The notes below the pieces were generated by a model that saw only the letters and a list, made by a program, of their open reading frames with translations, was not told where the DNA came from and made no database searches. A DNA stretch of 63,982 bases, counting the filler, from Asterionella formosa (Eukaryota): assembly GCA_002256025.1 (NCBI GenBank). It is 4 parts of 4 records of this genome, joined end to end, with 100 filler letters (N's around TTAATTAATTAA, not from the genome) between each part and the next. Parts side by side here need not be neighbours in the genome. Positions count along the whole stretch, not along the records: positions 48,457 to 63,982 come from NKIB01005383.1; 3 more parts are not named here. One strand, 5' to 3'. The translations under genes and the position numbers were made by a program. Positions 58,690 through 63,982 of this stretch are shown one piece after another. Within the stretch, counting starts at the first letter, position 1. Each line of letters opens with the position of its first letter.

Positions 58690-61235
58690 CATGTTGGACT
58701 TGATCTGTAGGAATTGCTATTCCATTTATGAATTCCGCATATATTTTCCTGAACTGACCTTCTTGTTCCATGGAATTTTTCACCATGACTGTTGGTTGTG
58801 CAGACTGTGCAGTCATTACAGTACTAGATATTTGACTGTCTGCTAACAGTAGTCGTTTATCCTCAACATCCTCCCTCCAACATTCAAGGTTCCCATTTCT
58901 TATCCTTGCTGCATGCTTTGTGTGCAACTTCTCTGGACAGTTCTTGCTTAGTATGTCAGCTGAGTTCTCTTCCGATCATACAAACTGTACCATCAAATAT
59001 CCTTGATCTTCAAGTTCTCGGATGAAATGTGCCCTGACATCAATATGCTTTGTCCATGCACCCACATGTTGGTTCTTTACCAAATAGATAGCTCCTAAAT
59101 TTTCTTTGTATAAACGCCCAACCAATTTCTCCTCTTTTGGATATTGGATCACTTTTTCAAGTAGCATGGATATGAACTTGTTCTCACATGCTCCTTTTGC
59201 CAAACTGATATACTCCGCTTCTGTGCTTGACAATGTAACTACATGTTGTGTCTTTGACTCCCAGTCCACCAATGTACCACCGATTGTATATAGACCAGAC
59301 AAAACACTCTTCCTGTCATCAATATTCTTTGCATAGTCTGAGTCCACAAATGATATAGGCCTCAGCTCCTTTGGGCTCCGATATGTTAACCCATCATAGT
59401 ATCTTGCTTTTATGTGTCCAACCAGTCTTTCAAGTGCTTTCCAGTGCTCCTCGCCTGGGTTTGACAGATGTTGTGCCAACTCTCGTGCAGGGTTTGCCAT
59501 ATCTGGTGCCAACTTTGTCATCGAATACATTACTTTTCCAACCATAGAACGATATTCCGTCATTTTTGCTGGTTCTCCTCTCTGTCTCCTTAACATTCAT
59601 CCCAAATTTTTTTTCGAATGACTCAACAATTTCATCCTTCAACTTTGTCATACTACCCACAATGGCTGTAGTTTCACCATTTTTATCAGTTTTCCATTCA
59701 TATCATACGCCAAGACGCTTCTTCAATCTTCCTAAATCCGAACTATTAAACCTCTTCTGTAATTCCAACTTTAACTTCTCAATTGTTGTCTTTTTTCCAA
59801 TCAATAAAACGTCATCAACATGTACCACAGCCATCAGAATGACTTCATCCACTTTACTCTTCCTGTACTAATGTAAACAATGTCTTGGGTTCTTAAGGAT
59901 CTGACACTAGTGTTGCATTGAATGCCACTTGATCCGTCTTATTGCGTGTTTTTATTCCAATTTCACCATCTTCAATCATAATTGGCACTTCAATTCCAAG
60001 CCGTTTCATTTCATTTTTCAACCTTGTCAAATTGTGTTGTCGTTTTTCAGCTTGCTCACCAGTTTCTACGGTATCATCATCTGCTCCATACGTCTCCATT
60101 TCTGGAGCATTTGGTCTTGTATAAATTTCTGGAAAGTCATCAACATCACTGTCGTCTGTCTGCGTCAAATTTGACTCATCACTCGTCTTTTCTTCATCAT
60201 CCTCTTCATTTTCTTGCTCAATTCTTGAGTCTTTTTCTTCTTGAGTTTTCTTTTCTTCCTCATACATCCTCCCTGCTCCAGACAATGGAAAATCCAGGTT
60301 TGATGTGGATTCTGCCAATTCATCCTCATATGTGGGGATTATGTGGATAGGAGGACTGTCCTCATCAGGTTCTTCAATCACTTCTGGAGGTTCTGGCTCC
60401 TCCAAATCAAGTCGGGGTCATAAATTTCAGCACTCATGGTCAATCTGATATCGTTGGTAGCATTTGTTATGTCTGCCCAATCATGAATATCTCTTGTTTC
60501 AACCACTTTACTGGTTACTGGATTGTACATACGATACACATCCCTGGCATGGTTCTCACCATAGCCAATCATCACCATAGGATTTGCTTTTTCTTTGAAC
60601 TTCCCTTTCATTGTGGACCTGTTTGTAACATAGCCAACTTTTCCAAACTCAATCAAGTGTGTGTAGATGTCACTTGGCTTTCCATAAAATAACTCATCAG
60701 GTGGTACCGCACTTCGGGTGTTTGGAAGGGAAATTCCTAGTATTGCTCCTGTTTTTGTCGCTTCAGCCCATAATTTAGCTTGCATCTCTTTGGTCCACGC
60801 AGCAGATATCATCATTGCCAGCGCACGCTTTGCGTCACGTGAAAACATCCTTTCCACTACCTCATTGTGCTGTGGTGTGTGAGGTGCTGTGTATTCCAAC
60901 TGAATTCCATATTCCCCTTCACATTTTTTTCGTAATTAAAACATATGCTCGCCTGCATTGTCACACCGTAGAAATTTTACTGGCTTCCCAGCAGCCTTCA
61001 ACTTGTCCAAAATTTCCTTCAGTACCTTTGTTATGCCATTTTTTCTTGCTCCATTAAAATCCCATGATTTCTTTGTTTTGTCATCAAAAAATCTAAACCA
61101 ATAATGTGAGCCCATCACTGTCTCTGAATATGGGCCACTTGTATCCATATAGATTCTCTCGCCAGGTTTTTCCGCTACTACTGTAGTCACCTTGTTTGTT
61201 CTTTTCTGGGTAGCTTTTGCTCGTGAAACATTCCT
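58690..61235 (-). mobile_element. Second Ty1/Copia remnant: integrase, partial RT, RNase H, PPT and start of 3' LTR at 58868
   Basis: GERIYMDTSGP, LRCDNAGEH, YTAPHTPQHNEVVER, VHVDD, FVDSDYA, LSSTEAEY and KHIDVRAHFIRE. GGAGGGAGGA is followed by TGTTG. The RT N-half is missing near 59880. Confidence 0.9.
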
Positions 61236-61439
61236 GAAGGGAGTGTTGATAATGGCAATCATCTGCAAATAAAAGGTATCATGCATATAGGATCAAGGGT
61301 ATCGTACGCTAAGTGGCACAGGATTTTCATATATATGATAATTTTTGGATCAAAACTACTATGATCCAGGTATCCTGTAACTATGATGATTTATTAATAT
61401 TTTACCGAACTTGCAGTATAATGATAAAAAGAACATTAT

Positions 61440-63125
61440 CATCACACAATGTATATCAACTGATCAACAACATTTCTCATCAATATCATGAACCTTCTCA
61501 TATTATTTTCACTTCTCGTGATCGCCATATGTAAATAATATCTACAACGCATCCTAAAATCAGCTAAACTCTATGCTATCATGTGAATTGTTTCATCATA
61601 TATCTATCTTAAACATGATCATAATACAAATCACAAGGAATGTTCAAAATAGATTGAAATTGATCTTAATTTAAATATCAAATTTAGCAATGCAATCTGT
61701 GATTTTACAGGCCAGCGACAAAATGTTTCTCTCTCTACTCGGCTCAGTGTGTATTGTTCCTATCTCGCCCTTTCCTTCCTCTATTCTGAATCATGTGTCA
61801 GGCAGTGCCTACTAATGTTGCGTCTCTCTCCCTGCTGTTAGTGTCACTCTGAACTTGCCGACTATTCCGTTGTTTGATTGGTTTTATTGTCCTATGCAGT
61901 TACAGTAACAATGAGAAGGAATGACTTGGTTAGCTACTAGTCATGTTACACTGACACAACTTCACGCAATTCCATCGTATCCTCTTGCTTCACTAAATAC
62001 AAATCAAAGCAAGTGATGCATAAGTCTGTAATAGTAAACTGTCAGTAAATTCTTGAATAAGTAAGTTTCAGGTATCCAATGATGTCGAATAAAACTTTCC
62101 GATTCATTTTCGTGTTAGCTTAACTTTGAGAGAAGATAAACATGTCTGTCAGTTATGTTCCAGCAGAAGTGAATAGGTCCAACAACAAGAGCACTTACCA
62201 ATTTTGTTTTGTTTTACATTGGTGCTCCCCAACAAGCGAAATGAAATATTTAATCAACTAATAAAAAAGAAAATGCGCATTTAGTTTACTATTTCATGTT
62301 GTCCTCCCAACAATTGTCATCAACGTACCACATTGATTTTCATTAGCCTTAACATACTCCATCCTTAGAAGGCATGATGTGTCGAAGCCACAATGTTCTT
62401 CGTGATTGCGTAAACTTTCTTTGTTATATTCTTTACTACGATGTTTTTTCATGAAGCAGGTATTGTTTGTTAACATGTCAGAATGATTTCAAATATAGTT
62501 GCCATGTATATAGTTATAAAATTTGTAAATATATATATATACACATCAAGCGTCATACATTTATAAAATTCAAAGGCACTCTCAATATGGCACTTCTGGT
62601 ATTGTTTAGATGATCATATTCGCCTATACAAAATTCGAAAATATGCAATGCACAATTTTTCCATTGTTTTCCACGACTTCGTGTACCGGTACTGTTTCTG
62701 AAATTGGTTTGCATCAATATATTCTACGTCTGTTGGAACTAATTATTTAGACCATTCAATTGGTATAAGTCCCAACCCATTTGTATCATTATTTATATGC
62801 AAGGATTTTGCTAGCCAATTATTTAAGCCACTTCTTTTGGAGGGAGTTATTTATGTGTACATCATATGATCATAACATTTATAATATATATACAGAGTAC
62901 CAGTAGTACGTAGGAAGTGATATACTGGGGGTAGTCGGAGTAGTAAGCGTGCAGAACACCATATGTTCAGGATTGTTGCTACTGCAGCGGGACAGTAAAT
63001 CATCTTAGTTTCAGGATCGTACAATCGTAAACTTGAAAGGGGGTGGTCGGAGAAGAAAGCAAGGAACAGAACACCATATGTTCAGAACGGTTGCTACTGC
63101 AGCGGGACAGTAAATCATCATAGTT
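61440..63125 (-). repeat. Inverted copy of the 1815-2735 repeat, with a ~700-bp insertion (~61860-62570) and a duplicated ~115-bp block
   Basis: Block-wise reverse-complement matches. agaacaccatatgttcag...gctactgcagcgggacagtaaatcatc occurs twice (~62955 and ~63070). Confidence 0.8.
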
Positions 63126-63982
63126 TCAGGATTGTATGATCGTAAAACTGAAAACAAGATATGCTATTACTCAAACTCGGTTCTGATTTTGCATTCGATA
63201 ATATAAATATCACTGTTGGTCTTATGGTATCATATCTAGACAGCGTCAAATATTATATGTAGTGGATGATGATTCATTTAATTGTAGCAACACCGATTTT
63301 AAGATCATCAAACATAAGCAAGACAACAACAACAGTTTTCTAGTTGTACAAGCAATGTCTTCAAAAAAACTTTAAAGAAGTTCATGGAAACAAGCGACAT
63401 GTGGCAAATACTGCCGGTATGGAACAAAGAAGCAAGTACCAAAATGAGTTAGCAAAGAAAAAGCGAATCGGCGATTATCCAAAGGAACCCAATCGGCGAC
63501 AGGGAGTTAGTGGGGGGACTACCACATTGTTGATGGGGACACCATCAGCTACTCGTACACAGGATCCCCTAATTGATACTGAAAGCGATGATGACGTTTC
63601 TTCTTCAGTTGTTGCTACAAGAAAAATGGCTCCTGTCGATGATACCATTAATAACTCCAGGATGCAGATGGACAACATGGTACCATATCGTACATTTTCT
63701 AATTGCACAGACCAACAAGTACATGACAAAGTCAGGGAAAAACATTTTGCACTTGCCAAAGGATATTATCAATTGTTCAATGATCTCAATCACTACAACG
63801 ATTGTAATTCGGTTCAAAACTCGTCCATACGAGGTTATCAAGAATCTTCTATTTCACCAACAAGGCATATCAGAACGTCATAGAATTGAACGATCAATTG
63901 TCACAAAGGTTGTAAGTTTTATTTATTGGTCAATGAACTCAATCACTACAAAGATTGTAATTCGGTTCAAAACTTTTCCATC

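Noticed and set aside
63344..63883. 179-aa host gene
   Set aside because: It has a non-ATG start and lies in a repeat whose other copy (48820-49170) is frameshifted. Treated as repeat-derived.
48457..63982. Polinton/virophage-like 15-kb element with terminal inverted repeats
   Set aside because: No polB, capsid or packaging ATPase was seen. The interior is a host LRR gene plus Copia debris, and the 127-bp match fits an assembly k-mer.

Overview
Eukaryotic nuclear DNA, most likely from a diatom. Evidence: short GT-AG introns, ASAF-type bipartite plastid presequences, diatom-style LRR/EGF proteins, and CoDi-type Copia and Ambal-like LINE remnants. The window is not contiguous. It is four ~16-kb contigs (1-16069, 16170-32216, 32317-48356, 48457-63982) joined by an artificial 100-bp N44-TTAATTAATTAA-N44 spacer. 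Host genes sit in islands: a GtrA-like protein, a basic-region putative transcription factor, a DUF1995-like plastid protein, a coiled-coil protein, an Ala/Lys/Pro-rich plastid protein, two LRR proteins, an EGF membrane protein, PABPN1 and a truncated ORF. These islands lie among decayed, nested transposons. Four observations stand out. (1) TA-CC(W)GG-TA palindromes cluster densely beside genes and look like piled-up excision footprints of a TA-targeting DNA transposon with CCA...TGG ends; one such footprint appears as a 6-bp insertion in an LTR. (2) There are two tRNA-headed SINE families with long target-site duplications. (3) Two solo-LTR families are nested reciprocally, with TSDs and an empty site visible. 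(4) A dispersed hairpin family has arms that co-vary. All family assignments come from motif recognition by eye, not from database searches.
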